Shown here piece after piece: positions 24,387 to 38,079 of a stretch of DNA of 64,000 nt. Location of the stretch: positions 1,550,001 to 1,614,000 of the forward strand of contig JAMWBK010000005.1 of the NCBI GenBank assembly GCA_029953675.1. The letters run 5' to 3'. The notes beneath the pieces are model-generated. The model was given only the letters and a program-made list of their open reading frames with translations. It was not told the DNA's origin and did not search any database. Position numbers and translations under genes: made by a program. Positions within the stretch are counted from its first letter, which is position 1, and each line of letters opens with the position of its first letter. This DNA is from Rhodosorus marinus CCMP1338. Its lineage: Eukaryota; Plantae; Rhodophyta.

Positions 24387-26293
24387 CCTCCCTAGAATAC
24401 AAAGACAATTCAAAAAACCTCACCTGAACTAACCCCCCCAAAAAAAATCCGGTCCAACCCCAGCTCCCACCAACTATCCTCTCCTCACCGCTGACAAGAA
24501 AGCCAAAACCGCCCACACCTTCCCACCAGACCCTCTCCCCATCACACCTTAAACAGCCTATCATCAGGACTCGCATCTAGGTAAACACATGCGCCAACCC
24601 TTTTATATCGCAGAAGTCACGGGATCTCCGCAAATGCCGTCCACCGAAACAGAAAAAAGGAAGAGTTCCTCAGGTCTCATATTTGCATTTCCTTTTGCAT
24701 TCTTAGGTTGGGGGTTCGGTTAGTCTTCGAATGTTGTGTATTGTAGGGAGGATGGGAGGGGTTTTTGTGAATGGAAATGGGTTGTTACGGTCCATCCCGC
24801 ACCACCTGCCTCAAGATACCATGCCAGAGGAGCTCACAGGAGGCGGCAGTCTTCTCCCCCCCCGCGCCCCCAACCCCTAGAAGACGCTTCATTTCTGGTG
24901 GAACAGCAAGCCATTCGGTTGAAATAATGATTGATGACATATCAATTATAAGTAAAATAAAATACAAATCAGCCAATAATGACTGCGTTAGTCAATATTA
25001 TGGCGCTCTGCTTTGGAGCTCCGAAGGGCCCGGATTTCGTGATGAGGTTGAATTGGAGATGAATTTGGACCGGGTCTCGAGATATTTTTTGTAGGGATTT
25101 TCTTGCTGTTTTGATTGGCATTTAGCGAATGGAGTTTTGGTGAAGGAGTGAGGTAGACGAATGGGAGGAGAGAATAAGTGCATTAAAGTGGAAAAACAGT
25201 GAATTAGTTTAACAAGTTTTAAAAAGTTTTCGTCGATCCCAGGCCAATCAATAGTGAAGGTAGTGAAAATGTTTTCTGGAAAAGAAAGGCTGGTGGAAAG
25301 AAGTATTGGTTAAACAATAGTCCACCGGCTTCCAGAAAGCTGATTGATGGAAACGTGATGGACAGCTGCCCTTCTTCCGCGAAGTGCTCTCAAAAATGCC
25401 GTTTTTGCCGCAATGGAATCCTTGGAACTGAGCCTGTATGACTGTGCAAGCTATGTGACTGATGATGATTTGGAAACATGAGGTAGTAATTCTCAAGGTT
25501 TATCAACCCTCCAATCGGAAGATCTATCAGGCTTGGGCAATTGAAAGGATTTTGGCGGGGGATTGTCGGCAAAAAGCCAACTGTCCTCGGACAGTTGATC
25601 CCCGACTTTTCGAAGGCCATCCATCGTAGCCTGTAAGAGGACTGTTCCTCAAAAAAAAAACACAAGAAAGCGTAAGTCCCGGGACAAGACGAAATCCGTG
25701 ATCAGACAAAGAGCATCGACCGATAGGCATCAATTCCCAAGCTATCCCAACTTGAACAACGTCACTTGCGGTGTTATCGCTTCCCCCCGAAATGCATTCG
25801 TTCATCAAAAATTCAGATCCTGCTTTACATTTTGGAAAGATCGGCTCTTTCGTGCTCACCTTCGCGAGTCCCGTTTGCTGCCTCAAGCATGTCCGCAGAT
25901 TCACAAGCCTCGTTCCACGGGCGACCCCCAGCACCCGAGGAGTCTCCCCGCAACCTTCTCGTCACGCTCTTCTTGCTTCTAACCTCCGACATGATGCGAA
26001 AGGTCTTTTCCTGAGCATCAACCTATTCCACCCTAAGTTTGCCATGAAGAGCACGCCTCTCGCTCTTTACCATCACGTGTGATAACGAGTAAGGGCAAGG
26101 CACTGCGCCTTCAGTTGATCTAACGTTTCCAGCTATTGACTACCTTCAAAGTTGATACTGAAGTTTCAATGAGATCGGTTATGCGCAAGGACCCAAGGGA
26201 GAATGACGCTACTTGCTGATGACTTTGTGACTGAAAAGATCGGATTGAGCAACGGGATTGATTCACAAACCGCAGGGGAGTGCTTCCGTATAT

Positions 26294-29227
26294 TTACTTC
26301 AGCTTGCCACCTTCGGCCACACCAGCACTGCTCGCGAGCGTGTTGCTTTCGGCACTCTTCAGAACATACTTCTTCTCAAACAAAACTGATGACTCTTTTC
26401 CTACTCTAAGCCCCTTGCTCGCGGCTTGAAATGCTTTCCTGTCCAGAGCGGAACTCGGCTCCGATCTAGTACCTTCTGGCACCAGTCGCTCACCAATATT
26501 GGCGTCCGAGACCTCAAGTAGTTTTACATCCTTCTTCTTTTCTGCGGTTAGCATCATTCCTTGGCTTTCTATCCCAGCGAGTCTAGTTCTTGCCATATTA
26601 CACACCACGACGACCTTCCTACCGACAATTTCCTCTCTGCGGCAGAACAAGCAGGCAAGGGCAACCATTCAGAAGCTGGAGGATCTAAGAGAGAAAGACC
26701 GTAAACGCCATACATACCTCTTGTAGAACTCACGTAGACCGGCAACAAGTTCGCGTGGATTCTCTTCGCCAACGTCGACTTTGCATATGAACAACGTCTG
26801 ACTTTCTGGGTGCTCAACGCACTCATTGACAACGCCGACTCTCAGGTCCAGTCGAAAGACGGAATCTGCGTTGGCATCCGCCTGCACAGCAGAAGCCGAC
26901 CGCTCAGCTTGACTACCCGCGTATTTTTTCCTTAGCTCATCCCTCTCTTTGTCCTTGATTTCTCTAAACAAGAGTACAGGCTCTCCTGTTCGGTGTCCTG
27001 TTTTGAGCTTGAAAACAAAATGATCGCTTATCTTCGAGGTCGCCGCGGTGGCCTCAACGCCAAGCATCGAATAAACTTTCCCAGACCATTGGCTGCCTAG
27101 GAAGGGCTCCAAGAGATCGGCGAGCAGGTGCACTAAATTGCTAGCGAAGGCCAACACTGATCCAGCCCGCTTCTTGTCGGTTTTATCCAATACCCAGGGC
27201 TGATTGGTTTGAAGATATTGATTGCCGATTTTGGAAATGGCCATGGCCTTTTTGATTCCGGCCTTGAGAGCGACCTTTTGACCAAAGAACAGAGCACATC
27301 TTAGAAGCTAGTAAACCCAAGCGGACATCTTTCACTCACGAGAACTCCTTGGGTGCGGGGTTCACCTTATCCATTTGTTTGATGTACTCTTCTACCTCCA
27401 AGTTAATATTAGCGACGACCTCCTCATCCTCCTTCGATAGTTCCATGAGCGGTATCGTCGAATCAAAGTTTCTCGTGACGAAGGACAGGGTGCGATTTAT
27501 GAAGTTTCCAAGGTTCTTCAGGAGTTCATCGTTGTTTTTCGCTGTGAAGTCCGACCATAAGAACGTCGAATCCGCGAGTTCGGGACGATTGCTTAATAGA
27601 TAGTATCGCCAGACCTCGGCGGGGATATTCGTCTCTTTGGCGTCTGTTCCAAAAACACCGACTCCTACCACAATAAGAGGAACTCGATTGGTTAGAATCC
27701 CACTTGGTCAAATCTTCAGAACACTGACGGCTGCGATTCGACGGATAATACCATTTCGTTTGGAAAACTTCCCATCCTCATAATTTAGGTATTCCGTTGT
27801 CGAAATCGCTTGCATCCTAGTCCAGTCCTTCCGGGTAGCAATGAGCGTCGAAGGAAAGATCACTGTGTGGAAAGGTACATTGTCTTTCCCCATAAACTGA
27901 ACGAGTTCCACGTCCTGTCCTGTGCACCCAAAAGTACCCCGAAAGCCTTGTTAAGTTCTGCTCGCTGCTTCAGAGAACAAACAGCATTTTCGTCAAAAAC
28001 ACGCACCCGGTTGAGGAAACCACCACTTCCTCCACTCATCTGTGCAGCTTGCAGTGATGCTTATGTAGCCAATCGGGGCGTCAAACCAGACGTAAAAGAC
28101 CTTATCTGTATACCCTTCCAGAGGTACCGGAGTACCCCATTTCAAGTCCTGACGAAAGAGTCGAAGCGGAACACCGAGTCGAGGTCAGCGAACCGGCGCA
28201 GAAGCTGATTTGCTGTTGGGGGCTGTGTACACACCCTTGTGATACATCTCTGTCGTAGACCATCTCGCAGCCAGGTCTGGGTCATCGTCAAGGCATTGGC
28301 CGACCAGTCTCCTTTCTTTGAAGTTTCCTCAACATACTTGGCAAGTTCATCCTTGAGCTCTGGCAGATCTAGAAACAGATGTTTCGTTTTTTGAACCTAA
28401 TACGCAGATATGTAAGTTTCAGGACTTGCCTGCAAGTATGGGTCGAGTTGCAGTGCGAAAAAAAGTACCTCTGGTTCCGTTCCACACGTGCTACACTTAG
28501 CCGAGATTAACTCGATTGGATTCAAAAGGCGTCCGCAGTTGTCACATTGGTCACCTCGCGCATCTTCAAATCCACAAAGCGGGCACGTGCCTTGCACATA
28601 TCGATCGGCGAGGAAACGCTTATCGTTATTGCAGTACAGCTGTTCGAGTTGTCCCTCAACTACGTAGCCATTCCTGACATAACAAGAATAAATCTCCTTT
28701 TAGACGACTAGAACCGACTTGGTGGAAACACACCCATCCGAAGCGTACTTGTGAGCGTCCCAAAATATTGCTTGGCAGATTTCTGTCTGTTCATTCGTGG
28801 AGGTACGCCCGAAATAGTCAAAGTCAATGTCGAACCACTCGTACACCTCGCGATGCAACGCATTGTATTTGTCGCAGATTTCCTTCGCTGTAAGGCCCTC
28901 TTGCTGGGCTTTCGTTTCAGTTGCCGTGCCGTACTCATCTGTCCCACATACATACAAGCAGTTGACCCCTCTCTGGCGTAGATACCTCGAATAGACGTCC
29001 GCGGACAATACTGCGCCGATGAGATTTCCCAAGTGTGGAACATTGTTTACATACGGGAGCGCCGATGTGATCAAGACATTCCTCTTCCCGGTCGCTGGCA
29101 AAATCTTGGGCTTTTCATCACCCACCCTCAGCCAGGATAGCTTCCGGTCCAACTCGGTCGTCATCCTTTTAAGTTCTCTCACAATTCTTCCTATACCGCT
29201 TCCGTTCGCCGCAATGCCCCGCTGCAT
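26294..29227 (-). CDS. MARS: Cytosolic-type methionyl-tRNA synthetase with C-terminal EMAPII/Trbp111 tRNA-binding domain; 5' end may extend further
   Basis: [17 protein letters not shown] (HIGH), [11 protein letters not shown], Zn knuckle [34 protein letters not shown] (KMSKS), RLDLRVG...[18 protein letters not shown]. Confidence 0.95.
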
Positions 29228-29715
29228 CCAAACCTTCTCTCATACAGAAGGCCTGCGGAGGAGGTAATAAATTCAATTCCAAGTCAATGCTCGGCCTTCG
29301 ATCTGCGCTCAACCAAACTCGAAACCAACACGGCACGGTTACGGTCTAATAGCTTTTCACATGTTCCCATAACTCTTCTCTGAAATCGTTAGTCAGTCAC
29401 ACGCGAAAAGTTTTCCACAAAACAAGAGTTCCGACGTTGCCGGGACCGGGAACATGGCGCCCTGCAGGATTGACTGGGATAGGGACCAAGTTGAGTGGGC
29501 AAGCAGTGAAAGAGGTAAGGCCAGGTTCATGCCTAGTATTCGCTCTTGACAGAAACTTCGGAATCTAAATTGAACCCTTGTGTTTGTACCGGTCTCGGCT
29601 GTGCGAAGGTGGAACTTAGAAGCTTGACTTGGACTCTTGATTTTTTTCTTCGGTTTCCTTTAATCTGCGTCGCGGAAGTTTCTGCGAACGGGTGTTGGCC
29701 GTACTACTCTAACAA

Positions 29716-31540
<1,825 letters not shown>

Positions 31541-32909
31541 TTTCTCAGTCCCAAACCTCGTCCCACCGGACAAAACGCCCTTCCGATTCACTCCTCTCTA
31601 TTGAACCAAAATTCTTCCTTGAGTTCTCAATCCAGTACAAAACACACAAGATTCGCTTTAAAGCAAATCTAGTTCACTTTCCCCACTCCCCCTACCCCAT
31701 CATCCCATATACCCCCATCAGTGGAAACTTCTCCACTTCTACCTCTACGCTCCTCTTTCGCAATAATACATTTCCTCAATATCTCTTCAGCCACCATCCG
31801 GCTAGACCTAAAATGCCTATTCATGTTTAGTTTATGAACATTGCCGTTTTTTCCCGCTCATTTCGAACAGTATAGTTTCTTTCTGTATCTAATCTAGATT
31901 TATTCCTCTTAATCTGGAGACCATATGGATTGGGATTTGGAAGTCGATTCTTTTTCGTTTCCTGAAATTGGCTTTTGTTACCCAGGGGTGTAATTCAAAG
32001 GGGGAATGGTATCGGCAAAAGTATGTTGAGATGATGTGAGAAAGCCGGATTTTAAGGTTTCCTTCAAAGGACAGCGGTTCATGTGGCGTCAACTTTTGGT
32101 GCTTGCTGAAGTTCAATAAAATGTGCATGCTGAAATTGCGCGGTATGGTAGGGGGGGAACATTTTTAGCAATCCCAACTGCTTGAAAGAAGGTAATTTCA
32201 TACTTATCGGTCGGTTGTTCCGCTTCAGGGTGATCTTCTAAGGCCTGTGGCGAGTTAGATGGGCCGTCTCTGAGTCTATCGGTGGTAATGAAGCTCTATT
32301 TGCAGTGCAGTTCCTCGAGGGCGAGCGGCTAAAGAAGGCCCTGTAGTCCCGCCATTGAACATACGGGGGGCGATTTTGCATCACAAAGAGGAAACTCATT
32401 AGAGCATTCAAAGTCAGCCTGTGGGAGGGCAGTCCTTCACCCCGATCGACAGAAACACTAACCAACAGGACGCACTTTGCGGTCTGAGAAAGGAAGAAGA
32501 ACAAGCTTGAACTTGGCGCGTGCGGAGGACTGCTTGCGCCTCCTGGCGTCCCGTGTTTCTACTGAGATCGTGAGTTCTTTGCTGCATCTTGCTGAGGCTC
32601 TTCGCAGTGCGAGCGCTGAGAGTTTCCGTCAACTAGTCTTTGCTAGGATGTGTCCTCAGCCGCACGGAGCTTTACTGTCAACTGGGCTGGGTGGGTGGTG
32701 TGTGTGTACGTGTGTTCCATTGCGCGACAAATTTCAGGATGAAACCTTCCAGTCTTTCAGTTTAATATGTTCTTGTCTGAAGCTTCGCTAAATTACGAGA
32801 ATTAGAATATCGATCATAGCTATTGAAGAGCCATTGCTTAGACTGCGGAACTTGGTCTTGCTGGACAAGAGTCCACTGTGAAGTAGCGCCGAGCTGAACA
32901 TCTATTCAC

Positions 32910-33281
32910 TCAGTCAGGCTTTCCGGCGAGCATTTCAATCTCGTCTAAACTCAAGTTGGATACCCAGTCCAGCTGATCCCTCATCATTGTTCGCAGGATC
33001 TGGTTCGCCCTCTTTTCATCGAAGTACTTGTTAAGTATGTCACCTACTCTTTCCCAGTAGTCCACCGAAGGCGGTGACGCCTCATTCTTCTCTGGAGCCC
33101 TCGGAGGGTCCGGTAGGCTCGCTTTCGAGGATTCAATATTTGAACTCGCGTGGCGAACTTTCCTCGCCGAGCCATTATTCTCCAGCATAGGACCTCCTCT
33201 TGCACGCGGACCCCGATAAGACGAGTCAAACGCCACCGGGAGCTTTGCCAGCTCTTCATCAAGCTGAGCAAGAAAGCTCAT
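32910..33281 (-). CDS. Hypothetical protein of about 123 aa with a helical C-terminal segment
   Basis: Open frame MSFLAQLDEEL...YWERVGDILNKYFDEKRANQILRTMMRDQLDWVSNLSLDEIEML with coding-like composition; no family recognised. Confidence 0.5.
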   Translation of the reverse strand: MSFLAQLDEELAKLPVAFDSSYRGPRARGGPMLENNGSARKVRHASSNIESSKASLPDPPRAPEKNEASPPSVDYWERVGDILNKYFDEKRANQILRTMMRDQLDWVSNLSLDEIEMLAGKPD

Positions 33282-34264
33282 ACTGCAAAACCTTCTGACA
33301 AACTCCCCAATTCGCTGCTGCGTTTCACGCCAAGTAAATAACCCCGTCCTCACGATGAACAAATCCAAACTGGACTCGGAGCTCGCCGCGCAAACAAGTT
33401 TGACACTGTTGCTCTCTCGCTAAGTCCCAGTCCCAACAAGCACTTGAAATCCGGAAGTAGGAAAGTACATCTCGATGTCACTATGAACCTGCCACCCTGC
33501 CCAGACGCTGTATACTGCTCTTGTAACTCTTTCCCTAGCTGGGCGGTTGAGAAACAGAACCATAACTAGCAAAACGATGGCGGATGTACATGCTATTCGT
33601 TTCTTTGTTACGGTGCTTTGCCAAGAATTGTAGCCAGCGTTGAAGAGCATATTCGCGGAGCGAAAGGGCTTTATCTTATTTCCAAAGCGGTGCAGCTGTC
33701 GGATACTTGTCAGCACCTCCAAGATTGGCGACTTGAGGGTGATCTAGAATATTCTTGGACTCGCCTTCGCGCAACTTGTAGTTTCTCAGTCCACACCAGG
33801 AGAACAAGAACGTGCCAGGGTGGCGGTGTAGATTTTCTTGAGCTGTGGGCCCCGGCCGTTTCTAGGAGTGAGAGGGAGTGTGTTGGGAATGAATGTATTG
33901 CTTTAGAGGCGGCCTTTCAAAGCATGCCGTCAGGAATCTCGTGAGTTATTTGTTTAGATTCAAGACCAGCAGCGAGCTGTGCGATACCGTCAGCTTTTCG
34001 GCACTCCAGCACACTTGTCAGTTGCCTGTTAACCTGGGCTGTGAACACGTTTGGACTACGTACTGCGACTGGATCAGCAATTTGATACAACCGCACTGCT
34101 AGACGTTTTTAGCACAGTCGGACTTTCAATGGGCGAGCTGGATGCGGAAAGAGCTTATTTTAGTTCTCTTCAACGATTGTGTTCAAAGTTACGGTTCATA
34201 AAAGAGCATCCGACCCTGCAAATCGAGCGAAATCCTCCGCTCGCGCAAGATTCTATCTTCTTCA

Positions 34265-35023
34265 TTAGCTGGACAGTTCCGGAAGGTTGTCTTTCAAGAG
34301 ATCAAGCACCTTTTGCTTCCCAATTGCACCTTCAATTTGCGAGATGTTCTCGCCGTTCTTGAAAATTGCCAACGTGGGCAATCCATGGATGCTGTACTCG
34401 CGCACTATGTGGGAGACAATAAAAGTGACTTAATTAGCTCCCAAGATGTGGGATGCGGGATGGACGGAGTGCTTACCGAAGTTTGGGTACTTCTCAGTAT
34501 CAATCTTTACAACGCGCAGCTTTCCTTCGTACTCTGACGCGCACCAGTCCATTCTGCAAAAATAAGCAGGATGTCACCAACATAAGAACCCGACGAATGC
34601 ATCAGCACGGCGTAGATTGAGCATCAACTTACACTGGCGCGATCAGCTTGCAGGGGCCACACCAGGCGGCATAAAAATCAACAAGTACCGGAAGATCCTA
34701 TCAAAGCACATGTAAAGTTCTCGATTCAGACGAAAAAATTCCAAGCCATCCAGCCAGTTCAGATCGCGCATCGAATCTGACGCCCGTACGAAGACGCACG
34801 ACTGCAAAGTTTGGTTTCGAGAGCTACTTACGGACTCCATGACTTCCCCTTGGAAACTATCCTTTGATACCTCACCAACAGCCTTCATGGACAACGTACT
34901 TCTCCTTCGCACCCCGCCAACCTGTCCTCGCGAACGCTTGGGGCACCTGCTCGAAGAAGAGGATCCAAGGAAACTCCCCCGACCCCCCAAACTCCCAGTC
35001 ACTACAAAACCCATCGATTCCAT
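34265..35023 (-). CDS. trxX: Plastid thioredoxin, x-type
   Basis: Transit peptide MESMGFVV..., spliced product [40 protein letters not shown]...YSIHGLPTLAIFKNGE. The DW-x-S-EY motif after WCGPC is typical of Trx-x. Three introns; the WCGPC exon is absent from the ORF track. Confidence 0.85.
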
Positions 35024-36307
35024 GACCATCCAATTCCAACTGACCGAGAAACAGATAAACGCACAGATTATAATCAAGATCTCCTCCTCATCAATCATAC
35101 GAACCCCAAGCTCACCTGCAAGCTTCCCCAGCCCGTCAGTCCCATTCAGATTCGTCCTGTTCATCCAAAGTATCGCAGTTGTACCTCATTGCACCAGTTC
35201 CTAAGAATCAATCAATAAAGTCCATCTAGTCAAATAAATATAAAATAGTTAACGAAATAATACGATATGCAATCACTATGGAGCAAAAAGGTTGACTGGG
35301 AGGATGAGATCCGTTGGTCCGTGATCTAGTGGGTGAGAGCGTTTAAGTATCCCTTAGGACATTCAGCGGGGGGAGATGGAGCTGCAGTAACAGGTCAGAT
35401 CTACTGCACCGTTCATTATGACGATTAGTAGGTATTCGCCTTCGTACTCGTTTATGCACACCTTACTGTAGAGCACTAGAAAGAGCAGCTCGTAAGGATC
35501 CGCGATTGTTTTTGTGGGAGGGGAGGTGGTCGTTGGCTGGGATTGAAGTTCGGAGCTGCCCTTTTTGCCTTTTTTTTCAGAAGCCTCTTTTAGCTTAAGG
35601 TACGGCGTAAGTGCTATTGAGGGACGCGCTCCTGTCTCCTATGGACATGGTGAGTGACCGCGTCGAGTAGCCGGACAAGCGGCAGTTTGTCCGGTCAACG
35701 CTGACGACGTCGTCTGAGGTGAGAATAGTTCGTTGAAAAATTATCTTCAGATGTTGAGCCAGTTTCCTCTGTCCGAGGTAGTGAGCAGTGTAGACGTTTC
35801 CCCGAACTGTTTTCCGCTGTTGAGCACAAGGTCGCCACCCCGCTTGAAATAGCTGCCTCATAGACCAACAACTTTGCGCCAGCCTGCCCTCACTTAGTCT
35901 TCGAGCAGGGTGGACTCCATTCGTTTGACCATGAAGTACACGGTGTCAAGGTTGCGTGCCGACTCTATTCAACAGAGAGAGACAGGATGTTGCATTTCGT
36001 GCTTCACGAACGTGCCCTTTCATCGGGCAGGATTCGAAGCCGCACCGGCGAAAGCTGTGTGGCTGGATGCTGCTTGACTGTGCAGCACGGAGACTGCTCT
36101 GCATAAACAAACACCCAGCGCTACAATCCCAGCAGGATTATTCCCGGCCTCCAAGATTTGTCCTATCTCAACTACCCGTGATCGATTAATGTTGATCTCC
36201 ACAACCAAACGACCGTGGTCGTCTCGCGACCAGATCAGAGTCCATCAGCTCCCATAAGTCGATCAAAGTTCGCCTTTCGTGGACAGAATATTTTTCCAAC
36301 CAACTCT

Positions 36308-36450
36308 GTTTCGAAGTTTCCGCTTATAGCCCTCAGGTAGGTTCACACTGAGCCGCTTCCCAGAATAGATGTTTCTCGGAACCCAGCGACGTTTCGACCT
36401 TTCCGCGTATAGCCCTCGAGGTTTCATGTTGAGCCCTTCTCAGAATAGAA
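36308..36450. repeat. Degenerate direct repeat with about 83-bp period, plus a third partial copy near 36596
   Basis: GTTTCGA..TTTCCGC.TATAGCCCTC...GTT.CA..TGAGCC..T.CAGAATAGA at 36308 and 36391; TTTCC.ATATAGCCCTCGA near 36596. Confidence 0.75.
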
Positions 36451-38079
36451 AATGCGGACAATCAATATTTTCCAACTTCTACGTTTGCTTAAAAATAAAC
36501 TTCAGTACATCTCAGATTTACAATCATTTCGGTCTTGATATACCAAAAAAAGAACCAGTCAGAAAGAATCCACCCGTTCGCCAAGAACAGTACCTTTCCT
36601 ATATAGCCCTCGAATTTTTTCTTAGATTTAATCCCCATATGTTCTTATATCATAAATACTCAGCAGCTTACAGCCCACGGCACCCCCCGCCATTCACGTT
36701 CCATCCAAAACTACAGAAAAGAAAATGTACGCGATCCCAGTAAAAACCATCCAAAATCATATTTTTGTTTTACTATTTGAAACTATTCATTCCTCTTCCA
36801 ACCACCTACATATCCACCCTACCCCCTCACCCATTACCCCTTCCTACCAAGCCCACAATGCCATCTCAAAGTCGTTGTTGAAGGACCCAACTCCCCCCCC
36901 CCCTTACCTTCCACCACCTTGGCGAAAACCGGCTTTCGAAGGCGCTTGCGCCAAGGTGTAAGAACCAACTGTGCAATTCTATCCCCACTCCTCTCTGTGG
37001 TCATCTTTGTTTTTTTCCCCAACAATGTCCATACTCCACAGAAATTACATCTTGTTAAAAATTAATCCAAGCAATTTTAAATATCCTAAAACTAACATAA
37101 CAATAATCACATTCCCGCAATATTTATCAGAAAACTTTACTGTCAAACCCTCTCCCTTAAATACCACCTCCGCACCCCTCTGCCGATCAATGTATCAATT
37201 GCACTTGTTTCTAAACACCCTCTTCCTCCCCTCCCCCCTCTTCCCTTTGTCCTTCCCACCATATTCAGAAGCATATCTCAGATCCGGTTGAGAAACCGAA
37301 CGAGAAGTGTGGACTTCTCATCATTTAGTAAAAAAAAACCAACAACCATAGCCAAAAAAGGAAAAACAAATTGACTGAGTAAACCGTAAATTTATTCTTT
37401 ATATTCAATATAATATTCTAAATGATTGATATTTGTCAGGAGAAAGTCCGCGTGTCCCGGGACCGGAATGAGACCTGGGAAATTTTTTTTGGCATTGAGG
37501 AATGAGGAACGGGCGGGGGGGTTGGGGGCGGGGAGGTGGGGGAAGGTGTTAGTCTTCAGGTTTGTACGTGAGGTTGTTAATATATTTGTTCTTTTTTGAG
37601 AGGGTGGCCTACCTATTACCAGATTACCAACAAAATGAATTTTGATTGAGGAGATCGTGAGAATAGCCGTTTATGAACGGAAAAGAAGGACATGGTTTTG
37701 ATTGAATTGGAATTATATTGATGATATGAAAATAAATTTCGTTTAGGGCGATATGGTGAGGGGGGTTCTGGTTTTGTAGGGCAAGTGGGTTTGTGGGCTG
37801 GTGGTAGGAGGCCGCGATGTCAGACATGGGGGCGGATGAGACGATAAAGAGTGTGTAGAGGTTGCGATTGTGGGCGGCTGACAGGCGAGGGAGACAGAGT
37901 GGGTGTGGTGAGGAGGGACTAGGTTTTTCTGTGAAGCGGTGTAGTTGTTACCTAAATGTTTGGGATGGAGGTTTTGAGGTAGAGGAGTGTACGTATGGTC
38001 TTGGGCATTGTTTGAGAGTTGGGTGTGTGGTTGGCTTGAGTGTTTGTTGGGGTTTGGGTTTTCTAGGGGAATATAATTA

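Noticed and set aside
25300-26080. LRR/F-box-like fragment LELSLYDCASYVTDDDLET
   Set aside because: A single short match flanked by stops; no coherent gene model could be built.
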